From sequence record SRR31156797_5036: DNA of 39,648 nt. One strand, written 5' to 3'. A program made the position numbers and the translations under genes. Numbering within the stretch: the first letter of the stretch is position 1; every line of letters begins with the position of its first letter. The notes under the pieces are model-generated. The model was not told the DNA's origin, searched no databases, and saw only the letters and a list, made by a program, of their open reading frames with translations. Positions 1 through 8,869 of this stretch are shown here, in pieces.

Positions 1-1232
1 CGGGTCGTTCCCTTTCCGAAATAGAGCAGCACTCCCGTTATGGTGGTGGCGCGGAGATACGGAACCACAAAGTCCACCCGCTTGTAGATGTCCAGGTCTC
101 CCACCGTATCGTCCAGCAGATCGTTGATATCTTTCAAGTATTCCAGGGATTGCAGCCTCGGGATCAGGGCTTCTCCAAAATATGTCATGGTAGCGCCCTT
201 GGGGAGCGTCTGCTGGCCCAGGCGACGGGCCGAGAACATATTTGCGATCTGCATTACCCCGTCGCCCACAGCCGCGGGCCCGCCTCCGTTTGCCTTGACG
301 ATATTCTCGTAAGTCTTTTTCTTGAGACCCGCCTCTTCCTTGCTGTGCGCCCTGATGATATGAACGAAATACCAGGGTTCTCCCGGTTCGCGAAAGGCCA
401 ACAGCCTTGTGTAAGGATAAGGCTCGGTACGGACAAGCTGGTTGAATGCCTTCCACATTTTTTCATCGGACCCCATGTCCGAGATGCCCGGCAGATAGAT
501 CTTCGGATAGGGATGAATGGTAAAGGTGGCTTCCGTCTTGACCCCGAAGGAACCACCATCCCCCAGGAACATTCCGGTAATGTCGGGGGCACCCGCCTCC
601 CTGTGCAGGAATTTGTCCTGGTGAATATTGGTGCCCGGCCCTCCTCCCGTTTGAAGGATCTCACCGTTGGGGAGGACCAGTTTCAGCCCCAGCAGATAGT
701 CGTTCATGGTTCCGCAAGTTGCCATATCGGAAGGTTCCCCTCCCCCGAGAAATCCGCTCAGAACGCCTCCCACGGAATCCATGTGTATGGGAACATCCAC
801 CGTATAGATGTGAAAGCCTTCCTTTCTGACCACCTCTGATAGCTGGGACAGGATGACCCCGCACTCAGCGGTTACGGTCATGTAATCCCTGTCAATATCC
901 AGAATCCGGTTCATTCGGTGGGTATCGATGAGGATGTTGTTCTCACCTCCCACGTATCGAGGCGGAAAGGTGGAAACACTGCCGCCACCCCCCTTGGGCA
1001 CTATGGGCGTCCCGGTCTCATTGGCCAGTTTGACGATCTCCGAAACCGCCTCGGTGCTGTCCGGCCTCACAACAATTCCGGGCGTCTTGCCCCTGCCGCC
1101 GCCGCCCACGGAGTGGAACGGACCCCTCGTATACGCCCTCCTTGCGAATTCCTCAATGGTTACGTGCTCGGAACCCACAATGGCACACATTTTTTCGAAC
1201 AGGTAATTATCCCTGTCTTTTCCCTCGGTCAT
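1..1232 (-). CDS. FAD-linked oxidoreductase (FAD_binding_4; GlcD/D-lactate dehydrogenase-like), 3' end outside the window
   Basis: Absent from the ORF track because it has no stop in the window. Manual translation from ATG 1232 (GGAGG RBS at 1243-1239) gives MTEGKDRDNYLFEKMCAIVGSEHV...PGIVVRPDSTEAVSEIVKLANETGTPIVPKGGGGS...LLGLKLVLPNGEILQTGG...MFLGDGGSFGVKTEATF, a typical PCMH-type FAD-binding domain. The frame stays open to the window edge. Confidence 0.85.
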   Translation of the reverse strand, partial: MTEGKDRDNYLFEKMCAIVGSEHVTIEEFARRAYTRGPFHSVGGGGRGKTPGIVVRPDSTEAVSEIVKLANETGTPIVPKGGGGSVSTFPPRYVGGENNILIDTHRMNRILDIDRDYMTVTAECGVILSQLSEVVRKEGFHIYTVDVPIHMDSVGGVLSGFLGGGEPSDMATCGTMNDYLLGLKLVLPNGEILQTGGGPGTNIHQDKFLHREAGAPDITGMFLGDGGSFGVKTEATFTIHPYPKIYLPGISDMGSDEKMWKAFNQLVRTEPYPYTRLLAFREPGEPWYFVHIIRAHSKEEAGLKKKTYENIVKANGGGPAAVGDGVMQIANMFSARRLGQQTLPKGATMTYFGEALIPRLQSLEYLKDINDLLDDTVGDLDIYKRVDFVVPYLRATTITGVLLYFGKGTT

Positions 1233-1256
1233 TTTCGGCCTCCCGGTGCTGAATTG

Positions 1257-2786
1257 CTATTTGCCCCCGAACATCTTCCGGAACCTTTCCAGCTGTTTTC
1301 TCGGCGTTACCGACGGCCTCTCATACCTGGGCAGATCCTTCTCGATGCCGAAGAGGTATTTGGCTATGTTTTTAAGGGGCTCCAGGTCGTACCTGGCCAT
1401 CATGGAGATGGTTTCAAGCTGCGGAGATCCGCCGCCGTGAAGACCCGCAACCTGCATGACGCCGGCCAGTTCGGAAACCGCCAGATTCTCGATACCTCTA
1501 AAGCATCGCTGCTGGTTATCCGCGGAGATTTTGGGATTCCTCATGATATATTTCCGGGCCAACGCCCCCGTCTCATCTGAAAAGAATTCTTCCTCAAAGG
1601 GCATGGTGGCGCACAATCCCCCCGCAAGGTCGGCCAGAACCTTGTACTCATTGTAGATCTCTTCACCAGCGATTCGCCGTCCCGCATTTGTGAGCACCTC
1701 GTCGGGGATATACGTTCCCGAGTCTGATTCTTCGGCGCGATAGGCACTCACCTGACCCGCGGCGTATACGAGCTCCGCCGTCCCGATGAGGTGAGATATC
1801 TTGTCCTTCACGTGCTCCAGCTTTTCGATGCCGCTGTATTCCGATACCAGCGCGGCCGCACCGGCCAGGACCTCCGATACGGCCGGTTTGCACCCCGTGT
1901 AGGAGTGGCGGTGATAGTGGGCGAAAAGCAGGGCCAAAAAACCTGCGTAGGCGGTCTGTCTCGGGTCCCCCTTTCCGTCCATGAAGACCCGTTCCCTGGG
2001 AACAAAGACGTCGTCAAAGATGGTAAAGGACTCTCCGTCGCCGATCTCGGCGATGGGTGCATGCTGGAATTTCCTTTTGTGCTGTGTCGCGGGCCTCACA
2101 AGCATCTTCACACCGTCGGCATCCGCCGGAAGAGAAAACGCCACCGCATAATCACTGTCCTTTTCCGTCATGAACCGGGTGGGGATGACCACGATCTCAT
2201 CGCTTACGGGGGCCGTTGTGTTGTCCACCTTGGCGCCCCTGACCACGATGCCGTCATCCCTGCTCTCGATGATCCGCACGTAGAGATCCGGGTCCGCCTG
2301 CTCATGGGGTCTTTTCAAACGGTCGCCCTTGCAGTCGGTCTGTGCGCAGTTGGCGGTGATGTCGTTCTCCTGCCAATACATGAGCTGCTCCATGAAATTT
2401 TTATTGGTTTCAGTCCCCAGGGTCTGGTCCATCTCATATGTGACCACCGAAAGGGCGTTCATGGAGTCCGTTCCCATGCAGCGCTGGGCACACCCCCCGA
2501 CCCTCTGGGACAGGAGCCTGGTCATGAGCTGCTTTTTCAGGAGATCTTCCACACTCTGGTGTATGTGGGTGAACCGGTTGATCTTATCACCGCTCAGATG
2601 CGACGTGGCCGTGCACAAATCCTCGAATTCCGGATCATTGGCCCGATCATAGGTCTCCCTTATGACGCGAAGACTTCCCTTAAGCCCCTCGTACTCGGTT
2701 CGGTCCACTTTCTCACCGGCAATGTACACGTTACGCTTGAGCTTCCTTATCCTTGCAATGTATTCGTCATAGGTCTTTATGGCCAT
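1257..2786 (-). CDS. abfD: 4-hydroxybutyryl-CoA dehydratase/vinylacetyl-CoA isomerase-like protein (AbfD/HpaB family)
   Basis: Fe-S ligand motifs CAQRCMGTD and HYHRHSYTGCK, plus TDCKGDR and HGGGSPQ. Start moved to MAIKTYDEY (2786), which has an AAGGAGG RBS. Confidence 0.85.
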   Translation of the reverse strand: MAIKTYDEYIARIRKLKRNVYIAGEKVDRTEYEGLKGSLRVIRETYDRANDPEFEDLCTATSHLSGDKINRFTHIHQSVEDLLKKQLMTRLLSQRVGGCAQRCMGTDSMNALSVVTYEMDQTLGTETNKNFMEQLMYWQENDITANCAQTDCKGDRLKRPHEQADPDLYVRIIESRDDGIVVRGAKVDNTTAPVSDEIVVIPTRFMTEKDSDYAVAFSLPADADGVKMLVRPATQHKRKFQHAPIAEIGDGESFTIFDDVFVPRERVFMDGKGDPRQTAYAGFLALLFAHYHRHSYTGCKPAVSEVLAGAAALVSEYSGIEKLEHVKDKISHLIGTAELVYAAGQVSAYRAEESDSGTYIPDEVLTNAGRRIAGEEIYNEYKVLADLAGGLCATMPFEEEFFSDETGALARKYIMRNPKISADNQQRCFRGIENLAVSELAGVMQVAGLHGGGSPQLETISMMARYDLEPLKNIAKYLFGIEKDLPRYERPSVTPRKQLERFRKMFGGK

Positions 2787-2800
2787 TTTCCCCTCCTTGG

Positions 2801-3880
2801 TCATTTATCGGCGGATCGAATCGCTCCGATCCCCTGAATTTTCCGTTGCGCCCCGTCCGCTTCCGCCATGATCTTTTTCACTACCTCCCCGCAGGAAACG
2901 ACCTTATCGATGAGGCCCACTCCCTGGCCCGCGGCCCAGAAGGGCAGGTCGGGGTCCCCGTAGATGGAAGCGGCGGCCGTGGCGCTCCCACCCTTTTCCT
3001 TTGGAACGGACCCGTATGTCTGCGCCACCTTGGCGAAATCGACCATGCCCGAATGCGCGATGAATATTTCCCTGAGTTTGTCGGTAAGAAGCATTCTAAG
3101 GGATCCGCGCCTCTCCCCGGTAAATCCGGCATTTCCCGCTCCGGGCCTGGCAACGCTGCCGTGCCTTATGGCGATGGTTCCCCCGTCCCTGCTCCCAAGC
3201 AGAGCGTCCTTGTACCTTTCATGGGCGGGATTCTCCAGGGTGGCGATGAAGCGGGTCCCCACATACACCCCCTCGGCGCCAAGGGCCAAAGCGGCGATCA
3301 ATTGCCTACCGTCGGCCACGCCTCCTCCTGCCACAATGGGAATTCTTATGGCGTCGGCCACCTGGGGAATAAGGCAGAAGGTGGTATTCTGATCGAAACC
3401 ACTGTGCCCTCCTCCATCCGTGCCTGAAGCCACCACCGCGTCCACACCCGCCGCTTCCGCCTTTTTTGCATGGGCCACGGCCGCACACACATGCACCACC
3501 TTCATTCCCGCCTTCTTGAGCCTCTCCGTATGCACCATGGGGCTTCCCTGACTGACGATGGCCACCGGCACTTCTTCTTCGATTCCCACCTCAATACATT
3601 TCTCGCTGAATTCCTTGTCCAGACCGGCAGCGCCCACCACGAAATTGACCGCAAAAGGCCGATCCGTCAGCTCCTTTACCTTTTTGATCTGCGCCCTGAG
3701 CCTCTCACCGGTCTCTGTAATGTCCGTGGTGACCACTCTGGCGCCCGCATTGGGCCCCAAGGTTCCAAGACCTCCCGCATTGGAAACCGCCGCCACTATT
3801 TCCGCATTGGAAACCCATGCCATGGCCGCCATTAATATGGGATGGTCTATATCCAGAAGTTCGGTGATTTTCGTTTTCAT
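2801..3880 (-). CDS. Nitronate monooxygenase / FabK-like FMN-dependent enoyl reductase family protein
   Basis: MKTKITELLDIDHPILMAAM, AAVSNAGGLG, GTDGGGH, PIVAGGGVADG, GAEGVYVGTRF and AGQGVGLI. GGAGG RBS before ATG 3880. Confidence 0.85.
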   Translation of the reverse strand: MKTKITELLDIDHPILMAAMAWVSNAEIVAAVSNAGGLGTLGPNAGARVVTTDITETGERLRAQIKKVKELTDRPFAVNFVVGAAGLDKEFSEKCIEVGIEEEVPVAIVSQGSPMVHTERLKKAGMKVVHVCAAVAHAKKAEAAGVDAVVASGTDGGGHSGFDQNTTFCLIPQVADAIRIPIVAGGGVADGRQLIAALALGAEGVYVGTRFIATLENPAHERYKDALLGSRDGGTIAIRHGSVARPGAGNAGFTGERRGSLRMLLTDKLREIFIAHSGMVDFAKVAQTYGSVPKEKGGSATAAASIYGDPDLPFWAAGQGVGLIDKVVSCGEVVKKIMAEADGAQRKIQGIGAIRSADK

Positions 3881-3934
3881 GATACCCTCCGTCATCAAGA
3901 TAAAGTGACTCTACGCTGCCCCGCTCCGAAGGAA

Positions 3935-4130
3935 TTGAACAGAATTCAATTGAAGAGTGATAATTGACTTTAGAGAGGATAATGCCAGATGAATGAATGT
4001 TTGTCAAGGTCTATTTTGAATATAACTCAATTTTTTTATCAATATTTTAAATATATGATTTTGCTTTATTTTTTAGCGTCTCTTGCATTATCTTTATAAC
4101 GTTTTTATCAGGTTTTAGAATTTCACTCAA
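3935..4130. promoter_or_regulatory. Three copies of a 15-bp imperfect palindrome (candidate operator)
   Basis: TTGAACAGAATTCAA (3935-3949), TTGAATATAACTCAA (4016-4030) and TAGAATTTCACTCAA (4116-4130) in the AT-rich divergent intergenic region. Confidence 0.55.
3979..4007 (-). promoter_or_regulatory. Sigma70 promoter for the leftward operon
   Basis: Minus strand TTGACA (4007-4002), 17 nt, CATTAT (3984-3979), preceded by an extended -10 TG. Confidence 0.6.
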
Positions 4131-4141
4131 TAATTTTTTTA

Positions 4142-4170
4142 TTGACTTAATATTTTTTCCGGGCTATATT
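4142..4170 (+). promoter_or_regulatory. Sigma70 promoter for the tetR/beta-oxidation operon
   Basis: TTGACT (4142-4147), 17 nt, TATATT (4165-4170). Confidence 0.6.
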
Positions 4171-4309
4171 AAGCCCCAAATGAGAGTTGTCTTACATGGC
4201 TTAGACACTTTTGGATATGGTTAACGCTCATTTTTGGGCCGCTCAGGAGACTTTAGGCCCTTATAATTACCCTTAGCAGCAAAGTTAGACACATCTGAGG
4301 AAACAGACA

Positions 4310-5485
4310 ATGAAAGCCAAGGACAAAAAAGAAAAAATATTGAACGCCGCCGAGGAGATCATCTCCCAAAAAGGGATAGTCGATACCACAATTTCGGAAA
4401 TTGCCCGAAAGGCGGGGGTGGCCGACTCGGTCATTTATCAGTTCTTTAAAGGAAAACAGGATCTTCTGTTTTCCATACCGGCCGAGAGGGAAAATGAATA
4501 CATATCGTTGCTGAACGAGCATCTCCAGGGGATTGGGGATGCCGAAAGCCGCCTCAGCAAGATAATCTGGTTTTACCTGAGGTATTTCGACACCCATCCC
4601 GGGTATGCGCGTATCTTCTATTTTGAATGTCTCTCATCAAAGGACTTCTATCTGAGCCGAGGTTATGGCGTGGTTCGGAGATTCGCCGAGATTCTTCTGG
4701 AAAGTCTCAAGCAGGGGATTGTTGAAGGTCGGTTCAACCCCCGCATGGACACCCACCTGGTAAGGGACGTAATCCTGGGGATGCTGGGCTGCGAAATGAT
4801 GACCTGGCTGGGGGTCGGCGAGATAGACGGAGCCGTCGCCGATTATGCGGACATCATGATACTGGTCCGCGCCATGGTCCGGCCCAGGGATAAACCTGAA
4901 AAGAGCAAGCCGGACATGATCCTGAAAGCCGCGGAGAAGGTCTTTTCCGAGAAGGGGTTCACAAAAACAAAGGTCTCGGAAATTGCAAAGCTGGCAGGGG
5001 TTGCGGAAGGAACGGTTTATGAGTATTTCGGAAACAAGGAAGACCTACTCCTCTCCATTCCGGCCAGGCACTTTGAGAGATACATGGGCGATTTGCCGCA
5101 GGTCTTCGAAATTAAAAGCCCGGTCAGAAAGCTGCGAAGATTCATCCGGTATTTCTTCTCCCTCTTCTCAACGGAACGGGAATTCCTCAAAGTCTTCCTG
5201 ATCCAGCTCCAGCTCAGCAAACGGTTTTACGGCACAAAGGAGTTCGGAAGCTTCGTGAACTACTTTTTAACGATCGAACACATCATTGAGGCGGGCAAGG
5301 CGGAGGGCACCCTTCGTGAGGACGTCAACCCCCGGGTCTTCAGGAACATGTTCATCGGGACATTCAACAACCTGGCCCTTCGCTGGTTCATCCTTGAAGG
5401 AGACAGAAACTTCGACAAGATGCAGAAGATCGATCAGGTAACGGACCTGCTCTGCTCGGCCGTGACCGTTCATGATGAAAACTGA
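4310..5485 (+). CDS. Tandem (double-domain) TetR/AcrR family regulator, FadR-like
   Basis: Two HTH units, TTISEIARKAGVADSVIYQFFKGKQDLL and TKVSEIAKLAGVAEGTVYEYFGNKEDLL, each followed by a ligand-binding domain. GAGG RBS. Confidence 0.9.
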   Translation: MKAKDKKEKILNAAEEIISQKGIVDTTISEIARKAGVADSVIYQFFKGKQDLLFSIPAERENEYISLLNEHLQGIGDAESRLSKIIWFYLRYFDTHPGYARIFYFECLSSKDFYLSRGYGVVRRFAEILLESLKQGIVEGRFNPRMDTHLVRDVILGMLGCEMMTWLGVGEIDGAVADYADIMILVRAMVRPRDKPEKSKPDMILKAAEKVFSEKGFTKTKVSEIAKLAGVAEGTVYEYFGNKEDLLLSIPARHFERYMGDLPQVFEIKSPVRKLRRFIRYFFSLFSTEREFLKVFLIQLQLSKRFYGTKEFGSFVNYFLTIEHIIEAGKAEGTLREDVNPRVFRNMFIGTFNNLALRWFILEGDRNFDKMQKIDQVTDLLCSAVTVHDEN

Positions 5486-5564
5486 GATGAATGTATTCTG
5501 ATGTCGCTCGTTCTTCCATTGGACTATTTTCAAGACCCGTAAACATTATTCAAAGGAGATAGAC

Positions 5565-6344
5565 ATGGCAAAGGTGGAATACCGGAAAAAAGGAGAAATT
5601 GCATTTATCACCCTGAACAGGCCTGAGGCAATGAACGCCGTCGATTTCGAGATGGTTGAGCTCATGCACAAGATATGGGACGACTTCAATGGGGACAAAA
5701 ACCTCAGGGTGGCCATTCTCACGGCAGCCGGGGATCATTTCTGCGTGGGATTCGACATCATGAGCATGCTGGGTCGGCTGGGCGGGGACAAATTCGACTG
5801 GAGCAAGTCCGCCATTCACGGAGACGTCAACTGCAATCCCATCCATCACGGAGTGAAAAAGCCCGTTGTTGCAGCCGTTAGCGGCAATGTGAACGGCACC
5901 GGTCTCTGGCTCATGCTGGCATCGGACATCAGAATCGCAACACCTGAAACATCCTTCGGCCTTGGGGAGGTGAGGATCAATTTCCCTGTGGAATTTACAG
6001 CCCTGTTGCCGAGATTCATGCCCTTTGCCCTTGCATCGGAAATGCTGATCACGGGACGCAATATCAAGGCCCGGAGGTTCCATGACCTGGGGATCATCAA
6101 TGCCCTGGTGGAAAAAGACGACCTCATTCATGCGGCGGAAAAATCGGCAAAGCAGATCTGCGCGGGCGGTCCGCTCGCCATAGAGGCCATGAAACAACTG
6201 ATTCACAAGGGATACGACCTTGATTATGAAGCCATCATGAGGCTGTCCGATGAACTGGTATCCCCGGTGGTCAATTCACAGGATACAAAGGAGGCCCTGA
6301 CGGCCTTCGGCGAAAAGCGCAAGCCCGTATGGAAAGGTAAGTAA
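5565..6344 (+). CDS. Enoyl-CoA hydratase/isomerase (crotonase) family protein
   Basis: ITLNRPEAMNA, FCVGFDI, KPVVAAVSG, SDIRIA..SFGLGE, and C-terminal AFGEKRKPVWKGK. AAGGAG RBS. Confidence 0.9.
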   Translation: MAKVEYRKKGEIAFITLNRPEAMNAVDFEMVELMHKIWDDFNGDKNLRVAILTAAGDHFCVGFDIMSMLGRLGGDKFDWSKSAIHGDVNCNPIHHGVKKPVVAAVSGNVNGTGLWLMLASDIRIATPETSFGLGEVRINFPVEFTALLPRFMPFALASEMLITGRNIKARRFHDLGIINALVEKDDLIHAAEKSAKQICAGGPLAIEAMKQLIHKGYDLDYEAIMRLSDELVSPVVNSQDTKEALTAFGEKRKPVWKGK

Positions 6345-6417
6345 ATCACCATACATGACCGTGAAAATGGAAGATCATTATCAAAACAGAAAAACTTTTT
6401 CATTAAGGAGGTAACAG

Positions 6418-8838
6418 ATGAGTTATGGAATTCGGCATGTTGCCGTTATCGGGTCCGGTGTCATGGGCGGCGGAATCGCCGCACACGTGGCCAATGCGGG
6501 TATTCCGTGCACGCTGCTGGATATGGCGCCCAACAAACTGACCCCGAAAGAGGAAGCTGCGGGATTGGCCCTTGACAGCCCCGAGGTTCGAAACCGCATC
6601 GTGCAAAACGGATACAAGGGCATCCTGAAGGCCAAGCCGCCGGCACTCTTCAGCAAGAGCCGCGCGCCCCTTATCCGCACCGGCAACCTTGAAGACGATC
6701 TGGCATTGCTCAAAGACGCGGACCTGGTGGTGGAGGTCGTAATTGAAAACCTGGAGATCAAGCAGGCCCTGTTTGAGAGGATACTGCCCTATCTGAAGGA
6801 CACGGCAATCATCGCCACCAACACCTCGGGCATCCCCCTGAAGGACATCGGCGCAAAATTCAGCCCCGAGGTTAAAAAGCGCTTTCTGGGTATGCATTTT
6901 TTCAATCCGCCCCGGTGGCTCAAGGTGCTGGAGGTTATTGCCACCGAAGAGACCGACCCGGAGTTGACCCGTTTCGTGCGCGAATTCGGGGAATCGGTGC
7001 TGGGCAAGGGGGCGGTGGTCTGCAAGGACACGCCCAACTTCATCGCAAACCGCGTGGCCGCATTCGACCAGTTGTTCATCCTGGATTACGCCATGAAGAA
7101 CGGTTACACGGTGGAAGAGGTGGATGCCATCACGGGCCCCCTCATGGGCAGACCCAAGACCGGTATCTACAAACTCAACGATCTGGTGGGCCTGGACACC
7201 AATTTCCACGTGATACACAATCTCTACCCGGATGTACCCCACGACGAGGACCGTGAGATCCTTCGCTCGGAAAAGGTCATGGGGGTCATGAAAGAGATGG
7301 TGGACAAGGGCTGGCTGGGCCGCAAGACAAAGGGCGGTTTCTACAAGCTCATAAAGGGACCCAACGGAAAAAAATCATTTGAAGTGGTGGATCTTGAAAC
7401 CATCACCTATCGCCCCCAGGAGAAACCGGATCTGCCGGGAATCAAAGAGGCAAAGGGCCTCGGGTCGCTGCCGGAAAGGTTGCGCCACCTGGTCCGGATG
7501 GACGACAAGGTGGGCAAGCTCGTCTGGGCAACCATCAGTAATATCCTCTCCTATTCGGCCAAACGCATTCCCGAGATCTCGGACGACATTTTAAGTATAG
7601 ACAGGGCCATGACGTGGGGCTACGGGCACGACATGGGCCCCTTTGAAATCTGGGACGTCCTGGGAGTTCCGGAAACCATCGACCGCATGGAAAAGGAAGG
7701 CGTCAAGGTGGCCCCCTGGGTCAAGGAGATGCTCCATGGGGACATCACCTCCTTTTACGGGGAAAAAGATGAAACTCCCGTTTATTACGACGTGACCTCC
7801 AAGGGCTACAAAGAGGTTCCGGTAAGCCCGAAGACCATTATCCTCAAATCGTTGAAAGCGCGGAACAGGACCATAAATAAAAACCCGAGCGCCAGTCTGT
7901 TAGACCTGGGCGACGGTGTGGCCTGCCTGGAGTTCCACTCCAAAATGAACGCCCTGGACGGCGACATCGTGGAGATGATCAATTTTTCGGTTGCAGAGGT
8001 GGAAAAGAACTTCAGGGGGTTGGTTGTGGGAAACCAGGGCGCCAACTTCAGTGTGGGCGCCAACATATACAATATCCTCATGGCCGCCAAGGAGAAGCAG
8101 TGGGATTTAATTCATCAGGGCGTGTCGGAAATGCACAAGGCCCTCGGCAGCTTCCGTTTCTGTTCAAGGCCCGTGGTGGCCGCGCCCTTCGGAATGGCCT
8201 TCGGTGGCGGCGCCGAGGTCTGCATGGGAGCGGACAGGATCTGCTCCCACGGGGATCTGTTCATGGGATTGGTGGAAGTGGGCGTGGGCCTGATTCCCGG
8301 AGGCGGCGGATGCAAGGAACTGCTCAGGAGGGTGGTTTCTCCGGTAATGGCCAAAGCGCCGTCAATCGACCCCATGACCTTTGTTCAGATGGCATTTGAG
8401 ATGGTTGCCCAGGCAAAGGTGACCACAAGCGCCCTTGAGGCCCAAGAGTGGGGTTTTCTGTCCGAACAGGATCGCATCGTCATGAACGCCGATCACGTCA
8501 TCCACGACGCCAAGGAGATGGTCATGCACATGGACCGCATGGGGTACACGCCTCCAGTGCCCGGCAAAGTCTATGCCGTGGGCAACAGAGGTATTGCGGG
8601 GGTTCAGATACTCCTCCAGAGCATGCGCAAGTCGGGTTACATCAGTGATCACGATGTCACCGTCGCCGGCCATCTGGGGTATGTCATGTGCGGGGGTACA
8701 TTGCAAACGCCGGGGTGGGTCCATGAGCAGTACATCCTGGATCTGGAACGGGAGGCTTTCGTATCCCTGTGCGGCGAACCCAAGACCCAGGATCGCATCG
8801 AACATATGCTCAAGACCAACAAACCCCTGCGCAACTAA
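6418..8838 (+). CDS. fadN: 3-hydroxyacyl-CoA dehydrogenase with C-terminal enoyl-CoA hydratase domain (FadN type)
   Basis: GSGVMGGGIA Rossmann motif, TNTSGI, GMHFFNPPR, KDTPNFIANR, CLEFHSKMN, and C-terminal TNKPLRN. TAAGGAGG RBS. Confidence 0.9.
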   Translation: MSYGIRHVAVIGSGVMGGGIAAHVANAGIPCTLLDMAPNKLTPKEEAAGLALDSPEVRNRIVQNGYKGILKAKPPALFSKSRAPLIRTGNLEDDLALLKDADLVVEVVIENLEIKQALFERILPYLKDTAIIATNTSGIPLKDIGAKFSPEVKKRFLGMHFFNPPRWLKVLEVIATEETDPELTRFVREFGESVLGKGAVVCKDTPNFIANRVAAFDQLFILDYAMKNGYTVEEVDAITGPLMGRPKTGIYKLNDLVGLDTNFHVIHNLYPDVPHDEDREILRSEKVMGVMKEMVDKGWLGRKTKGGFYKLIKGPNGKKSFEVVDLETITYRPQEKPDLPGIKEAKGLGSLPERLRHLVRMDDKVGKLVWATISNILSYSAKRIPEISDDILSIDRAMTWGYGHDMGPFEIWDVLGVPETIDRMEKEGVKVAPWVKEMLHGDITSFYGEKDETPVYYDVTSKGYKEVPVSPKTIILKSLKARNRTINKNPSASLLDLGDGVACLEFHSKMNALDGDIVEMINFSVAEVEKNFRGLVVGNQGANFSVGANIYNILMAAKEKQWDLIHQGVSEMHKALGSFRFCSRPVVAAPFGMAFGGGAEVCMGADRICSHGDLFMGLVEVGVGLIPGGGGCKELLRRVVSPVMAKAPSIDPMTFVQMAFEMVAQAKVTTSALEAQEWGFLSEQDRIVMNADHVIHDAKEMVMHMDRMGYTPPVPGKVYAVGNRGIAGVQILLQSMRKSGYISDHDVTVAGHLGYVMCGGTLQTPGWVHEQYILDLEREAFVSLCGEPKTQDRIEHMLKTNKPLRN

Positions 8839-8869
8839 TAGCGACATTGTGAAGAAAGGAGAAATGAGA

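Noticed and set aside
88..1580. Several plus-strand ORFs of 60-230 aa
   Set aside because: They are antisense shadows of the minus-strand oxidoreductase and abfD, with no motifs or RBS.
2801..3880. FabK-like protein as the missing PfaD enoyl reductase
   Set aside because: It is too short for PfaD, lacks its extra domains, lies 26 kb away and is embedded in a catabolic operon.
8573..8869. Long N-terminal extension of the thiolase ORF
   Set aside because: It overlaps fadN, and a good RBS sits before ATG 8870.
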